63,977 bases of DNA, filler included, from Octopus bimaculoides (GCF_001194135.2; 5 parts of 5 records of this genome joined end to end with filler, not necessarily neighbours in it); one strand, 5' to 3'; positions 47,831 through 61,472 are shown, counted from the whole stretch's first letter. The notes: generated from the sequence alone by a model not told the origin. A program made the numbers and translations.

Positions 47831-48618
47831 CATATGCGAGATTTAAACTCAAAACTGCGAGACCTTGAACTAGAGAATATAAAGTTTGTCAGTCAGCTAA
47901 TTACCATTTTATATATCTTCCACATTTCATCTAAGTGTATTACTAATAAGGGATTTTCAGGCCACAAATTTATAGAATTTGATGTCCATAATTTTAATAG
48001 AGACATCAATCGATTAAGTTCAATCCAGAATCAAAACCATATTTCAAATTTTGCTAACCGAAAGGTTACCTCGTGTCTTACAATGCTTGCTTAAATACTG
48101 TAGAAATGGGCGGGTATCCAGGAATGTGAGGCAAAATGAGTAATCTCTGATTTATTATTTTCTTTCTGCTTGTCTGAAACTATTACATTGCAAGTATTGT
48201 GTCATTAGCTTGTACTGTTGCATCATTCATGGCAGAAAAAATTGGTTAGCATAGTTGTTGTTGAAGTTGAGGGAGTTTGAAGCAACATTTTTTTCAACAA
48301 ATTTTACCTCTCTGACTCGGTTGTAATTGAAGTTGCTGACAAAATATCTGGATACTTTTTGATGTTTAACAATCAATATTCTTTTCTCTGTTGGATTCTA
48401 AGTCAATTTTTTCCCATACTAATGTCTAAGTTGATGATTTTCAAAAATGATATCTAAAGTGAGGGAAAATAAGTAATAACTTATTTCAGTAAGTTCTTCT
48501 CTTAAACTACATGATACATAAATATATCAAAAAAGGGATTGTGAAGAAGCTACAGAGAATATTTTATGTTGATTATTTACAATAGACGGATAGGTGGCTT
48601 CATCTTGTTTGTTGTTAT

Positions 48619-48660
48619 CACAACTTTTCGGTTGATGTACTCTCCAGCCTTCATCAGATG
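48619..48660 (-). ncRNA. Minimal type I hammerhead ribozyme motif in the Penelope terminal repeat
   Basis: cat CTGATGA a ggctg-loop-caacc GAAA a GTT gtg; one stem III change versus consensus. Confidence 0.55.
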
Positions 48661-49444
48661 TTCTGGCGGAATTTCGAGCCCAACCCTTTATTTGACTAAT
48701 GGGGTACACTGCTCTCATTTCTAAGGTATGTTGCTGATGTTATTTTTCTGTTGATATTATTTTTCAAGTCCTTGTCTGGGATTGAACTTAGAATCCGAGG
48801 GTTAGTAGTCCGCACTCTTATCCACTATGCTATATGCCCGTGTACAATTATAGAGTGAATTTTATGGCTTATAAACCTAGTATTTTATCTTTTCTTAATA
48901 CTTGTTCCCATATTACATTCATATCTGCACTAGGTCTGCTTAGGAGGTCATTGTGTCCAAGCATAGTTGTTGCATAGCAGATTGTTTCTTAGCCTGATCA
49001 TTTCTTCGTGGTGTGTATCAAGATCGCTACTTATAGTCTTTGCTCGATGTTTTAGGCACCGAGCAATCTTTCTCTTTATACTGTATAGATGGTGGGAATT
49101 GAAGTTGAGGTATTGTCCAGTGAAGGTTGGCTTGCGGTAACCGGATGTCCTGAGCCCATACTCAGTGTGTGTTATTAATCCGTCCAGGAATGCCAGCTGT
49201 ATTTTCCTTTTCCACTGTGAACTGTATGGATGGCTTTATTGAGTTCACATGATCTAGTACTACTTGAACATCCTCCTGGTGGGGCCAGAGTATGAAGGTG
49301 TCTTCAACATATCGAAGCCATAGGGTTGGCTTTAATGGTATTGATCCTAAAGCCAAATTCTCTAATTATTCCATGTATATATTGGCTGATGATAATGGCG
49401 AATCCGTATTTAAACCCTCATCCTGTCGATATATATCACCAGAA

Positions 49445-49486
49445 CACCTGATGAAGGCTGGAGAGTAAATCAGCCAAAACGTTGCG
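49445..49486 (+). ncRNA. Minimal hammerhead motif, core mutated
   Basis: cac CTGATGA a ggctg-loop-cagcc AAAA c GTT gcg (GAAA to AAAA). Confidence 0.5.
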
Positions 49487-51811
49487 ATAACAACAAACAA
49501 GATGAGGACACCTATCCGTCCATTGTAAATAATGTACATAATTCCTCACCCCCAAAATATAGAATAGTATCATCTAATCGGTACGGAGTTGACAGACTTC
49601 AACGGAGGCATATAGAGAAACTCCATCAGAAACTAGCTCGTCTTTCAAACGATCTAACTTTCTTGTGTAGATGTAGAGACTCAAAGCTAATACCACCTGG
49701 CTTCACTATAACGACATCAGTGGATTCAAATAAAGCTCGAAGAATAGCGGAAAGAGCCGGGCACGCCTTCGTCCGTGAGAGGATCCATTATAACTGTTGG
49801 AAACAGACATCAACTAAATAACGAAATCAGAGACAGATTATCTTCATTACTTGGGAGAATAACTAGAGATGATGACAGGGAGAAAATCCAACAAGATCTA
49901 GAAAAGTCGTACCAGAAAGAATTTGAGAAGGTGAAGACAACCCAGATTAAGAAGTTTATGAAGCTCAAAGGTCAGAGTTTAAAGACCGAAGTCTGTCACT
50001 CACCTGTGAAAGCAGTAATTAACGTAAGTAGCCGACATCTGGACAACTTTGAAGAAGCAGTACTAAACAAAGGTCTCAACTTTGCGACAACCATCAAGCA
50101 CATTCCATGCTTGGACATAATAGCCCCTATTGAGGAGATATCCATAAATATACCAGAAGCTCAGGGAAATGAACTAAAGTGGAAAGTGAGACAGGTACTT
50201 GAGAAAGTGAAACTTCCCAAACCAAACATTACTAAGAAAGAAAAGTTCGCTATTAAAACATTACAGAGTGACAATTCCATCATAATACTTCCAGCTGATA
50301 AGGGTAATGGTACGGTGGTGATAAACAAGTCTGAATACTCGGAAAAATTGGCAAGTCTCATAAGTGATGGTAGCTACAGCAAAATAAAGAAAGACCCAAC
50401 TCTGAAAACAGAGAGGAAGTTGTCACAGATCTTAATCAAGAACAAGGATCACTTCATACCAATTAAGTACAGACAACTGACCCAGCGCTACAGTAAGATG
50501 CCACACATCTACGGTCTCCCTAAGATTCATACGGATGGTATTCCATTAAGACCTATAATGAGCTGTAGAGGTTTGGCATGTCATCCACTGAGTCACTTCC
50601 TTGTGAATATAATCAGTCCAATAGCAGGTAAATCAACATCGTACGTGAAGAATTCCACTCACTTCACAAAATTGATCAAAGATACTCCCATTGGATCCAA
50701 CCAGATGGTGAGTCTAGATGTGATAAGACCGTCTACCAAAATACCAACTAATGAAGCACTATCAGTGATTCAAGACAAACTAGTGACGGATACCTCTCTA
50801 AAAGAACGCACTGCTATACCAATAGAAAACTTGATGGAAATGTTGACTTTCAGCGTAGAAACTACCTATTTCAGAGTAGATACTGATATATGTCGACAGT
50901 ATGAGTGTTTAGCTATGGGTTCACCATTATCACCAGTAATAGCCAATATATGTATGGAATACTTTGAGAATTTGGCTTTAGGATCAACACCACTAAAGCC
51001 AACCCTATGCCTTCGATATGTTGACGACACCTTCATACACTGGCTCATACACTAGATCATGTGAACTCAATAAAGCTACCCATACAGTTCACAACGGAAA
51101 AAGAAAAGGACAATCAGCTAGCATTCCTGGATGTATTAATAACGCACAGAGCATGGGCTCAGGACATATGTATACCACAAGCCAACCTTCACTGGACAGT
51201 ATTCAGAAGTAATACAACACTTCGCAAACATCTCCGAGTAAAACTGCCCATAAAAGAGAATATAACCAAAAACTGCGTGTAGTCTATCTCATGCAATTGT
51301 GGTAGGCTATACAAAGAGGAAAGATGCTGCCCCCTTAAAGTAAGGGCAGAGGAACATCGTAAAGCTGTGACACAAGGGTATGTTGAAAAATCGGGTATAA
51401 GCGATCATGTATGGAAAAACGGAAACCACTTCCTGCTGTGGGATGAAGTTAAAATAATCGACAGAGAACACCACTGAAAAATACGAAAATTAAAAGAGGC
51501 TGCACATATGGTAGGGCACAATAGCCTCCTAAGCAGACCTAGTGCAGATATGAATGTAATATGGGAACAAGTATTAAGAAAAGATAAAATACTAGGTTTA
51601 TAAGCCATAAAATTCACTATATAATTGCCCACAGGCATATAGCATAGTGGTTAAGAGTGCGGACTACTGACCCTCGGATTCTAAGTTCAATCCCAGGCAA
51701 GGACTTGAAAAATAATATCAACAGAAAAATAACATCAGCAACATATCTTCGGAATGAGAGCAGTGTACCCCATTAGTCAAATAAAGAGTTGGGCTCGAAA
51801 TTCTACCAGAA

Positions 51812-51853
51812 CAGCTGATGAAGGCTGGAGAGTACATCAGCCGAAACGTTGTG
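51812..51853 (+). ncRNA. Minimal type I hammerhead ribozyme motif in the Penelope terminal repeat
   Basis: CTGATGA a ggctg-gagagtacat-cagcc GAAA c GTT gtg; core intact, first stem I pair mismatched. Confidence 0.6.
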
Positions 51854-53084
51854 ATAACAACAAACAAGATGAAGCCACCTATCCGTCTATTGTAAATAAT
51901 GTACATAATTCCTCATACATAATTCTCAAAATATAGAATAGTTGTATTTTATGTTGAATGTTTAGGTTCAGTCAAGTTTCGTTAATTTCATATCACGTGT
52001 CATTTTTTCATGATCCTCTTTCATTTGACCTCAATATTTAAAATTTTTTGTTGCATTTCTAATATTTCTGATGTCTGAGGATGGATATTGATGTGTATGA
52101 GTCTTTTTTTCAAATGTATTTCTTGAGAATTGAAGAGGCAAATTTACCTTATTCTGGTTTACTTATTTTACCCCACATAAATTTGTCTTTTGTATGCTCA
52201 AAGAGAACGGAGATAACTTTCTGAAATAGTGTTCTGAATATGTTCTAGTTTAAATGTATTTAGAGATGGTGATTTGCTTAGCTGATATAGTTTTTGTAAG
52301 GTAGTGAATATTTGTGAGAATTTTTTTTTCTCCAAGTCAAAAATGCAGTAAATATCACTCATTTCCCCCCACAACTATCTAATACATTTCAGTGATGACT
52401 ACAATCGGTTGAATCAACTCCCTAGTACTTGACAAGCAATTATTGATCACGGAATGATAAAAAACAAAAAAAGAAAATCGGCAACATTGAGATTTGATAT
52501 CTATATGTAAAATGGCTTAACCATAAGCAGCAAATCATTTTAGTCCGTTGCCCTACCTATCCTGTCATCGAAAACACAAAAGAAACAAAGAAACATCTTA
52601 GTCTTGTGCTTAGAAAACAACTAAAGCATTTACATGATGACCGCAATGACACTACTATCTCATAACTTCGTTGCAGGAGTGTTGTTACTCTCCCTACAAG
52701 GAAAAATGTGGTCAAAATAAGAAGCTTTGTATAAATATACCTTTTGCTCGATAACATCCGGTTGGCACACCGAGACTATTAAACAATCATAGTCTATACT
52801 AGACGCGCCTAAACCCGATAACTCTCTCCTTTACCACCTCCGCCAGTCCGTATTTGTCACTTTTTCTGTCATACGGACACATAAAAAACAGGCTAACTAT
52901 ATAACTTCAGAGAATATCCGGTTTCGGACATATTGACGTCTCTAGGAAGAGAAGAGTAATTGACAGCGCTTGTTCCTTGTCTCCGTTAAACTAAATAGAT
53001 ATGAAGCTTCAAAACAAACTAACTGGAAATATGGAGATGTTTGTGCTTCCTCGGATGTCATAGCGTGAAGGCATGTAGCAGAGA

Positions 53085-53230
53085 GGTTTAGAATGTTACA
53101 ATCACAACCACAAGATCGTGGTTTCGATTCCCGGACCGGGCGATGCGCTGTGTTCTTGAGCAAAACAGTTTTATTTTTAGTTTGCTCCAGTCAACTTAGC
53201 TGTAAATGAATAACCCTGCGCAGACTGGTA
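53085..53230 (+). mobile_element. SINE head and central domain fragment
   Basis: gatcgtggtttcgattcccggaccgggcgatgcgctgtgttcttgagcaaaac. Confidence 0.6.
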
Positions 53231-53339
53231 CCCCGTTAAGGGGACATGTTGTGGTCTCAGTTACATATAAACCGTGATAACCTGGTAAACGGCTCTATGA
53301 GCCTCAGGACTCGAGACATTAATGTTCAAGGCTCGATGA

Positions 53340-53375
<36 letters not shown>

Positions 53376-53845
53376 TGATAAGTGTGATAACTAAGGTAAT
53401 GTATTTCAATGACTGGAAGTTAAATCAACTTCCTAACTCATACCTCTAATACTCGTGACTAAAACCAACACTCTAAAACCAAAGTCTCACAGACGCACGT
53501 TTTTTTTTTTTTCGCTCTACTTCTTCAAACGCCACAACAATGGCTTCTGCTCTTCTATACTAGCTAACTGCTTACCCTCTCTGCTAAGGACAACTTGATT
53601 CACTGGTCCCACTTCTACCCAGGGCTGGGTTAACTAATTAACATAAATAAGCACGTGCTTAGGTCATCAAGGGAAGGGGGCACCACAGAAATGGTAAATC
53701 GTTTACGGTACACTTTAAACTTGCTAAAATAATATTCGGGATGCCTTATCTCTGCTAAGTATAGAACTAGATGTATTATGTAAGATTAATTTTAAGGATC
53801 TGATCAAAGACTTTGCAATTAAAAAAAGTAGAAGAAAATTTTACA

Positions 53846-54112
53846 GGAGTGACTGTGTGGTAACTAGCTTGCTTACCAACCACATGGTTCCGGGTTCAGT
53901 CCCACTGCGTGGCACCTTGGGCAAGTATCTTCTACTATAGCCTCGGGCTGACCAAAGCCTTGTGAGTGGATTTGGTAGACGGAAACTGAAAGAAGCCCGT
54001 CGTATATATGTATATATATGTATGTGCGTGTGTATGTTTGTGTGTCTGTGTTTGTCCCCCCAACATCGCTTGACAACCGATGCTGGTATGTTTATGTCCC
54101 CGTAACTTAGCG
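53846..54112 (+). mobile_element. SINE family A, 3'-truncated by an opposite-strand SINE fragment (54113-54215)
   Basis: Near-consensus head through cgtaacttagcg. Confidence 0.85.
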
Positions 54113-54386
54113 AAATGGAATGATTTGCTCAAGAACACAACTCATTTCCCGGTCCAGGCATCGAAACAACAATCTTACGATTGTGAGTTCAACACTCTCA
54201 TAACTAAGCCATGCGACAGCACGTAACTTGATATGAAAAGACCTTATGATATCACCTATGTCTGTCTCCTCTCACAGCTCATTGTTTACTTAGTGACACA
54301 ACTTTATAAGACTTTATATAGCGTATCCTGTATGAACCGATTGTTACTGAAACCTCAACAAATAACTTGACAAGCATATATACATG

Positions 54387-54425
<39 letters not shown>

Positions 54426-54525
54426 NNNNNNNNNNNNNNNNNNNNNNNNNNNNNNNNNNNNNNNNNNNNTTAATTAATTAANNNNNNNNNNNNNNNNNNN
54501 NNNNNNNNNNNNNNNNNNNNNNNNN
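54426..54525. other. Artificial scaffold spacer N44-TTAATTAATTAA-N44
   Basis: Same construct. Confidence 0.9.
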
Positions 54526-54537
54526 GGAAAGAGAACT

Positions 54538-54580
54538 ACATATATCGATATTTCGGAGATTTTTTTCTGCTCATCAGTGT
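54538..54580 (-). ncRNA. Candidate solitary minimal hammerhead ribozyme
   Basis: aca CTGATGA gcag-a7t-ctcc GAAA ta-tcga-ta TA tgt; stems I and III pair, stem II has one mismatch. Confidence 0.45.
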
Positions 54581-54709
54581 CGAATATACATGCTCTTCTT
54601 CTGAAACGAATCCATCATGACCAGCTAGGATTGTATACCAATAACGTAAAATCTATTTGCTTATGTGCGATTTCGTTTCATCTATGAAATTAGATAGACA
54701 GTTAGATAA

Positions 54710-54711
<2 letters not shown>

Positions 54712-54792
<81 letters not shown>
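54712..54792. repeat. (GATA)n microsatellite
   Basis: Direct reading. Confidence 0.9.
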
Positions 54793-54793
<1 letters not shown>

Positions 54794-56254
54794 ACACACG
54801 GAGTGAAGAGATGGAAAATGAGAGAGAAAACTGAAAACATTGTAACATCACACTCTAGATTCAACATCGCAGTGTTGAAATGAAAATTCTTCAACCAATG
54901 TTTCTTCAGTACTTCAGACACTTGGAGTTGTAGGCTTCTCTCAAATATAATGTATATCGATTGCCCATTATAAGAAGATTTTTTTAATTTTTTTATTGGA
55001 GACAAGATTAAAAATTTGGTGAAGATTTTAAGAATTTCTTGATGGTCGTTTTATTTTTCTAAATAAAATCATTGATAACAATTTTGAGAATTAACTGAAA
55101 AACAAAACGAAGCCAGCATATAGTTCATTATGTTTGTAGTTGCTAAACCATTTCCATATAACAGAGACAATTTACCTCAAATTTCTCACCACAACAATAT
55201 TTCAAAATGAATATTGAACCGAAAGAAAACATATAGGAATGAGTACAAACCCAGATATTTTGTTTGAAAATGAACACAGTATAATCACGAGTGGAACGGT
55301 TTTGATTTAACGGTATGTTTTCTCGGTCAGCACTGACCTGGTGCTAGATAACAATAAGAACAACTCCAACAACAATAACAACAAAAAGGAGTCGTAGCAG
55401 GGTCACTTCTTTGACTCAATGAGACACCACTGATTGATGTAAACAATAATGGCAATACTATTAAGTGACTAGGCACAGATGCCAGACGCTAGATAACTCA
55501 AATAAACGGAAATTAAATTTTCTTTTTAGATATATTTATTTTTCTTTCATCTGATGCTTGATAATGTATGAAGACAGGAGAAGTGGGGAGGGTGTCTTCT
55601 TATGATCCATTTCTCCTAAAGATAATTTCTCCTCTTTTTCCTTTAGCCCCCCCCCCCCCNNNNNNNNNNNNNNNNNNNNNNNNNNNNNNNNNNNNNNNNN
55701 NNNNNNNNNNACTTTTTTTCACTTCTAAGCTTCAGTTCCTCCATAGGGCTCCTGCAGTTGTTAATATTATTCTTTTATAATCTGGCTGGTTTTAGTCACT
55801 CAACTGCGCATCATGCTGAAGAACCAGATTCAAGTTTCTTTATTTTTCTTATTTCTTTCTTCCTTTCTTTCTCTTTTACTTCTTAAAGTCCTTTGATAGT
55901 GGCCGTGTTGGGGCACCGTAATGAAGTGTTTAGTTGAACAAATCGACCTGTATTAAAATCTGGTACTTATTGTATCGAATAGTTTTGCTGAACTGCTGCG
56001 TTAATGAGCACGTAAATAAATCAGCACGTGTTGTCAAGCGGTGAAGATGAAAACACACACACACACACACATTCTTTTATTCGTTTATTCTTTTACTTGT
56101 TTCAGTTATTTGACTACGGCCATGCTGTGGCACCTCCTTTTAAACAAGCCAATCGACCACAAGGCTTATTTACTTTCAAGCCTACTACATATTCTATCGG
56201 TCTCTTTTGCCGAACCGGTTAAAGGGACATACACGCAACAAAAGAGTTAAAGGG

Positions 56255-56925
56255 GCATAAATGCAGAATGTGTGGCGAGAGGGGTGAATCGGTATGGTTG
56301 ATCGTCAACGAGTGCACGAAATTGATACAACACGAATATAAAAGACGCCGTGACAATGTGGTAAGAATGATCCATTTGGAGTTCTGCGGAAATCATGGCC
56401 TACAAAGAGCGAAGACGTGGTAGGAGCAAACCTCAGAAGGAGTCATCGAAAAGGAGAATTGCAAAATCCTGTGGGATACAATAATCCAGTGCGATCACCT
56501 GACCAGACATCGGAAACCGGACATTGTTGTGGTGAATAAAAGAGCAAAAATATGCATGATAATCGACACAGCATGTCCCGGTGACAACAGGATCAATGCG
56601 AAAGAAGAAAATTAAGAAACAATGATGATTTGAAGTGGGAAATACGAAGGTTGTGGCTATTGAGGAGAGTCGACGTAATGCCAATAGTAATTGGTGCACT
56701 TGGAAGTATCAGCACTCAACTACCAACATGGCTGAAAAAGATTGGTGCAAGTATCAAAGTAGAACACCAATAAAAAGCAGCATTGTTCAGAACTGCATAA
56801 GTTCTTCGCCAGTTTCTTGAAGCATAACCAGTAAACAAGTGTCACGTAGACAACTGACACTTTCCATCATACCCAGCAAAAAAAAAAATGTGAGTTTTCA
56901 TCCCATAATAATAATAATGATAATT
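56255..56925 (+). mobile_element. R4/Dong-like RLE-clade 3' fragment, third family, decayed
   Basis: CRMCGERGES..VNEC..YKRR (CCHC region), KILWD..RKPDIVVV..IIDTACP (RLE), VIGALG; ends in (taa)n. Confidence 0.75.
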
Positions 56926-58359
56926 ACCATGAAAATAAAAAATAAAAATTAAACGACGAAACACATGGGAGAGGCACTTAAATTGGCAAATATTAAAACG
57001 AAAAACAATAAAAAATGAAAGAAAATAAAAAAATTAAGTCGTAGAACATGAGAAATTAGAGAGAAAGAAAGAAACAAGGGAAGAAAGACTGAAAAAGAAA
57101 GGAAATGAGAGAATGGAAGACCGAAAGAATGAATGAAAACATTTAAAAAATAAAGACAACATGAGAGACGGAAAGAATGAAAGAAAAGAAAGCATGATTG
57201 AATGACGGAAAAAACACTGAACGAAAGGAAGAAGCAGAAGGAAGGAAAGAAAGAAAGAAAGGTAGGAAAGAAGAATGAATGAAAGAAAGAAAAGAAGACA
57301 GGAAGAAATAAATAAAGAAAGTGTGTGTAGGTGTATAAAGAAAGATGGAGAGAATGCGCCAGAAAAAAAAAAGAAGAAAAATAGGCCGTTTGATGTTTGG
57401 CCCTTTTGATTGATATATTGTTCCAAGCTGGTCATGTCGTTAAAGGGATGGTGGCTGGACTGCTACCATTGCTGAATGCATCCGGTCAGTTATTTATCAC
57501 CTCTGTAAATATGCAGATATGTATATACACATATAAACACGCACGGACGAACGTACACACGCTTGCACACACAAATATATGTGTGTGTACATGTGTGTGT
57601 GCGAGTGTGTGTATAAATATATATATATATATANNNNNNNNNNNNNNNNNNNNNNNNNNNNNNNNNNNNNNNNNNNNNNNNNNNNNNNNNNNNNNNNNNN
57701 NNNNNNNNNNNNNNNNNNNNNNNNNNNNNNNNNNNNNNNNNNNNNNNNNNNNNNNNNNNNNNNNNNNNNNNNNNNNNNNNNNNNNNNNNNNNNNNNNNNN
57801 NNNNNNNNNNNNNNNNNNNNNNNNNNNNNNNNNNNNNNNNNNNNNNNNNNNNNNNNNNNNNNNNNNNNNNNNNNNNNNNNNNNNNNNNNNNNNNNNNNNN
57901 NNNNNNNNNNNNNNNNNNNNNNNNNNNNNNNNNNNNNNNNNNNNNNNNNNNNNNNNNNNNNNNNNNNNNNNNNNNNNNNNNNNNNNNNNNNNNNNNNNNN
58001 NNNNNNNNNNNNNNNNNNNNNNNNNNNNNNNNNNNNNNNNNNNNNNNNNNNNNNNNNNNNNNNNNNNNNNNNNNNNNNNNNNNNNNNNNNNNNNNNNNNN
58101 NNNNNNNNNNNNNNNNNNNNNNNNNNNNNNNNNNNNNTTTTTTTTCGTTGTTCGAAAAAAAATTCATTTTCTATGTTTTTGTTTTTATGTTTTCGTTTCT
58201 CATTGTGTTCAACGTTTTTTAATTTTTTTTTTATGTCCTATACCCATATATGCATGTATATATACATATATATGTACGTATGTACATATATGTATGGGAA
58301 TATGCATATATTTATATATTATTTATATTATTACATACATACATACATACATACATACA

Positions 58360-58452
58360 GATTGAGTCGTACTGCGTAGCACCAAGGACAAGTGTAAATG
58401 TCTTCTTCTATAACCCCACGCCGAATAAAGCCTTGAAGCCCGTGAAAGAAGT

Positions 58453-58497
<45 letters not shown>

Positions 58498-58755
58498 CAC
58501 ATACATATGTGTGTTTGCACGCGCACGTGTGACTGTATGTGCGCTTGTCCTGTGTTTGTCCCCCATCGCCACTTGACAACCGACGTGATATGTATACGTT
58601 CCCGCAACTTAGCGGTGAGGTAAAAAAAAAGGGGGGGGCTGACAGAGTAAGTACCAGGTTTAAAAAAATAAGAATTGGGTTCGATTAGTTCGAGTCAAAA
58701 TTCACGAAGACGGTGCTCCAGAATGGCCGCAGTTTGATGACTGAAACAAATAAAA
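58360..58755 (+). mobile_element. Diverged SINE family A copy
   Basis: ttgtccccc..gacaaccga..cggtgctccagaatggccgcag..gactgaaacaaataaaag. Confidence 0.65.
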
Positions 58756-59760
58756 GGTACCCTAAAAATGTCAAATTTTAAAAATAGAAAATGGTATTAA
58801 CCTAGGCTTCGAGACAGGAATCAAATAATTGAAAGAGAACCTCCACATATAGACGTACTTATGATTAGATGAAAGTTATATTCAGAACAAAAGAGAAAAA
58901 ATAGCAGATGGCGACTATTTTGACGTTTGAAAAATCTCTAATCCAATCCTGACTATAAAGTACAATTTTGATGCAATAAACTGGATGGCAGGATAAATGT
59001 TGATGTTAGATAAGAAAAACCCCAAAATTTTCAGAAATTTTTGTAACTTCAGATTAAGATGTCGATAGAGATATATTGGATCTACCACAAGAGTAGGGAG
59101 AAAAGAACTTGGTAGGAATAGTAAAATAAAGAGATATCGAAATGAATGAAATAAAATATATTTTTTGCTGCAACCTAATTTCGCTGAGAGGAAATGTTTA
59201 GATAAGGACAGAAAAACAGAAAAGTGATAAAAACAAAACGGAAATTTTAAAGAATATACATGGAAACTAAAACGATAAGGAAAAGTCATTCACGCGGTCA
59301 GTTTTCTGTGAGATTTCACAGAGGAAGTAAGCTAATAAACAAGTTTAAAATGGCTCGAAATCCCTAGCTTGCATGCAGAAGGGGATTGTTCGATTTTATC
59401 TGAATGACTTCAGTGTATATAGCCTCCAGCAAATATAACCAAGATTAAGAATAAATAACTATATTAATTAATAAGAGGTTAACCTCAAATCCAGGCAGCA
59501 CTATACTAATGACAAATGTTTTATTAATTTCATTGTAAACGTGAGGCGTATAGAATTCATGACCTTAAATGGTATATAAGCCGTAGAAATATTATACTTC
59601 CGTCGTCTCACCAGGCTATTAAAATATGAAGCAATTGTTCTTCAGTATATCATTAGCAAAGAAATAAGAACAAAAACCAGATATCCAAACTTTAATAAAT
59701 AGTATATCCTTCTTACGAACAATAGCAAAATAAGGAAATGAAGTACAGATAATCAGATAA

Positions 59761-60056
59761 TGTTGGCACTCCGTCGATTACGACCTCGAGGGTTCCAGTT
59801 GATCCGATCAACAGAACAGCCTGCTCGTGAAAATAACGTGCAAGTGGCTGAGCACTCCACAGACACGTGTACCCTTAACGTAGTTCTCGGGGATATTCAG
59901 CGTGACACAGTGTGACAAGGCTGACCCTTTGAATTACAGGCACAACAGAAACAGGAAGTAAGAATGGGAGAAAGTTGTGTTGAAAGAGTACAGCAGGGTT
60001 CACCACCATTCCCTTGCCGGAGCCTCGTGGAGCTTTAGGTGTTTTCGCTCAATAAA
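59761..60056 (-). mobile_element. SINE family C, 5'-truncated
   Basis: Reverse complement of 45790-46090. Confidence 0.85.
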
Positions 60057-60097
60057 CACAGGCATATGCAATATATGCGTGAATATATAGGCGCATC

Positions 60098-60450
60098 AGT
60101 GTGTGGCTAAAAGGCTCAACTTGCAGCCACGTAATTTCCGGTTCAGTTTCACCGCGCAGCACCTTAGGCAAGTGACCTCTGCTTTATCCCCGGACCGACC
60201 AAAATCTTCAGTGTGAATTTGGTGGGCGAAAACTATATGGAAGCCCGTCGTATATGTGTGCGTGCTTGTCACCACTACCCGACAACTGATGTTGGTTTCG
60301 TTACGTCCACCTAGCTTAGCGGTTAGGCTTAAGAGACAGATGAAATAATACCATATATAAAAGATATTGGGCTCAATTTCTTCGACTAAACTCTTCGAGG
60401 CGCAGTTCTTGCATGGTCGTATTCCAATGACTGAAACAAGCAAAAGATAA
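60098..60450 (+). mobile_element. Old, diverged SINE family A-like copy
   Basis: Collinear but degenerate head, gaagcccgtcgtata and gactgaaacaagcaaaag tail. Confidence 0.6.
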
Positions 60451-61412
60451 ACTGTCTATCTGTGTGTGTATATGTATGTATCACTGTAAGTATTTATATA
60501 TAGATACATGTATACGTACACCCAAACACATATATACCTTTATATATATTCATTTATTACATACATATATACATACATATATATATATGTATACATATAC
60601 ATACATACAGATATACGCTGTATTTAAAAATCATGTGATCACCTTTGATCATAAGTGTACTCGATCATAGCTGACCTGTGGCTAATCAACTACAACAACA
60701 AAATCAAATAAAATACGCAAAAAAAAAATAGAATAGAAGAAAGAATTATATTTAAAACAAAAACCAAAATGGCGAATGATTAATCGATCTTATTTTCTTA
60801 CGCTTATTTACGTTTCAATGGCCAAAGTTATTATATAAGTATTTTCATTTTAATATTGTCGGTTTAGTGCATTATTTGTCAGTGATTTTTTTCGAAATTA
60901 GTCCAGTTTTTCAGTTTAGTCACGTATTAGTTGCGAAATACTATTGTTTAGTATATTGACCTTGTTTCTGTGATATTAGGAAAATTGGTTATAGAATCCG
61001 GAATGTCTGTGGAATTAGCTGGCAGTGATTACGACTCACGTGTGTGAAGGAAAAAAAAGGAAGTAGTTCGTTCAGTACATTTAAAATTTATACGCTAGTT
61101 TTTTGTAAAATATTTATAGCTACATCTGTCTGTCTATCAATTTGTCTGTCTGTCTGTATGTCTGTCTGTATGTGTGTATGTATGTATGTATTCATTATGT
61201 ATGTATGTATGTATGTATGTATGCGTGTGTATAACCGCCCGTGAATTGTTTCTCTTCTTTGTCTTCTGACATTCCTCTTTTCGACGAAGAGCTATGCTCG
61301 AAACGTTAACAATTCTTTCCTTTTACCGAGTGTCAAATTAATATATTGCTTGTGCAAGTCCTCACGTTCGTTTTCTTCTTTTGTTTTCGCCTTTTTAACT
61401 GTATATTCTTTG

Positions 61413-61472
<60 letters not shown>

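Larger units (their letters stand above)
48565..51945. mobile_element. Penelope-like element (RT + GIY-YIG) with an inverted, truncated second segment
   Basis: Plus ORF 49775-51055 (GLNFA, PADKG, IYGLPKIH..PLRPI, LAMGSPLSP, RYVDD); GIY-YIG relic NCV*SISCNCGRLY near 51270; terminal repeat 51540-51945. Minus segment 48565-~49432 carries RT C-terminus (LRYVED) and terminal repeat. Confidence 0.9.

Noticed and set aside
49775-51055. 426-aa ORF as a host gene or domesticated RT
   Set aside because: It is part of a Penelope element, with upstream and downstream frameshifts and a broken GIY-YIG region
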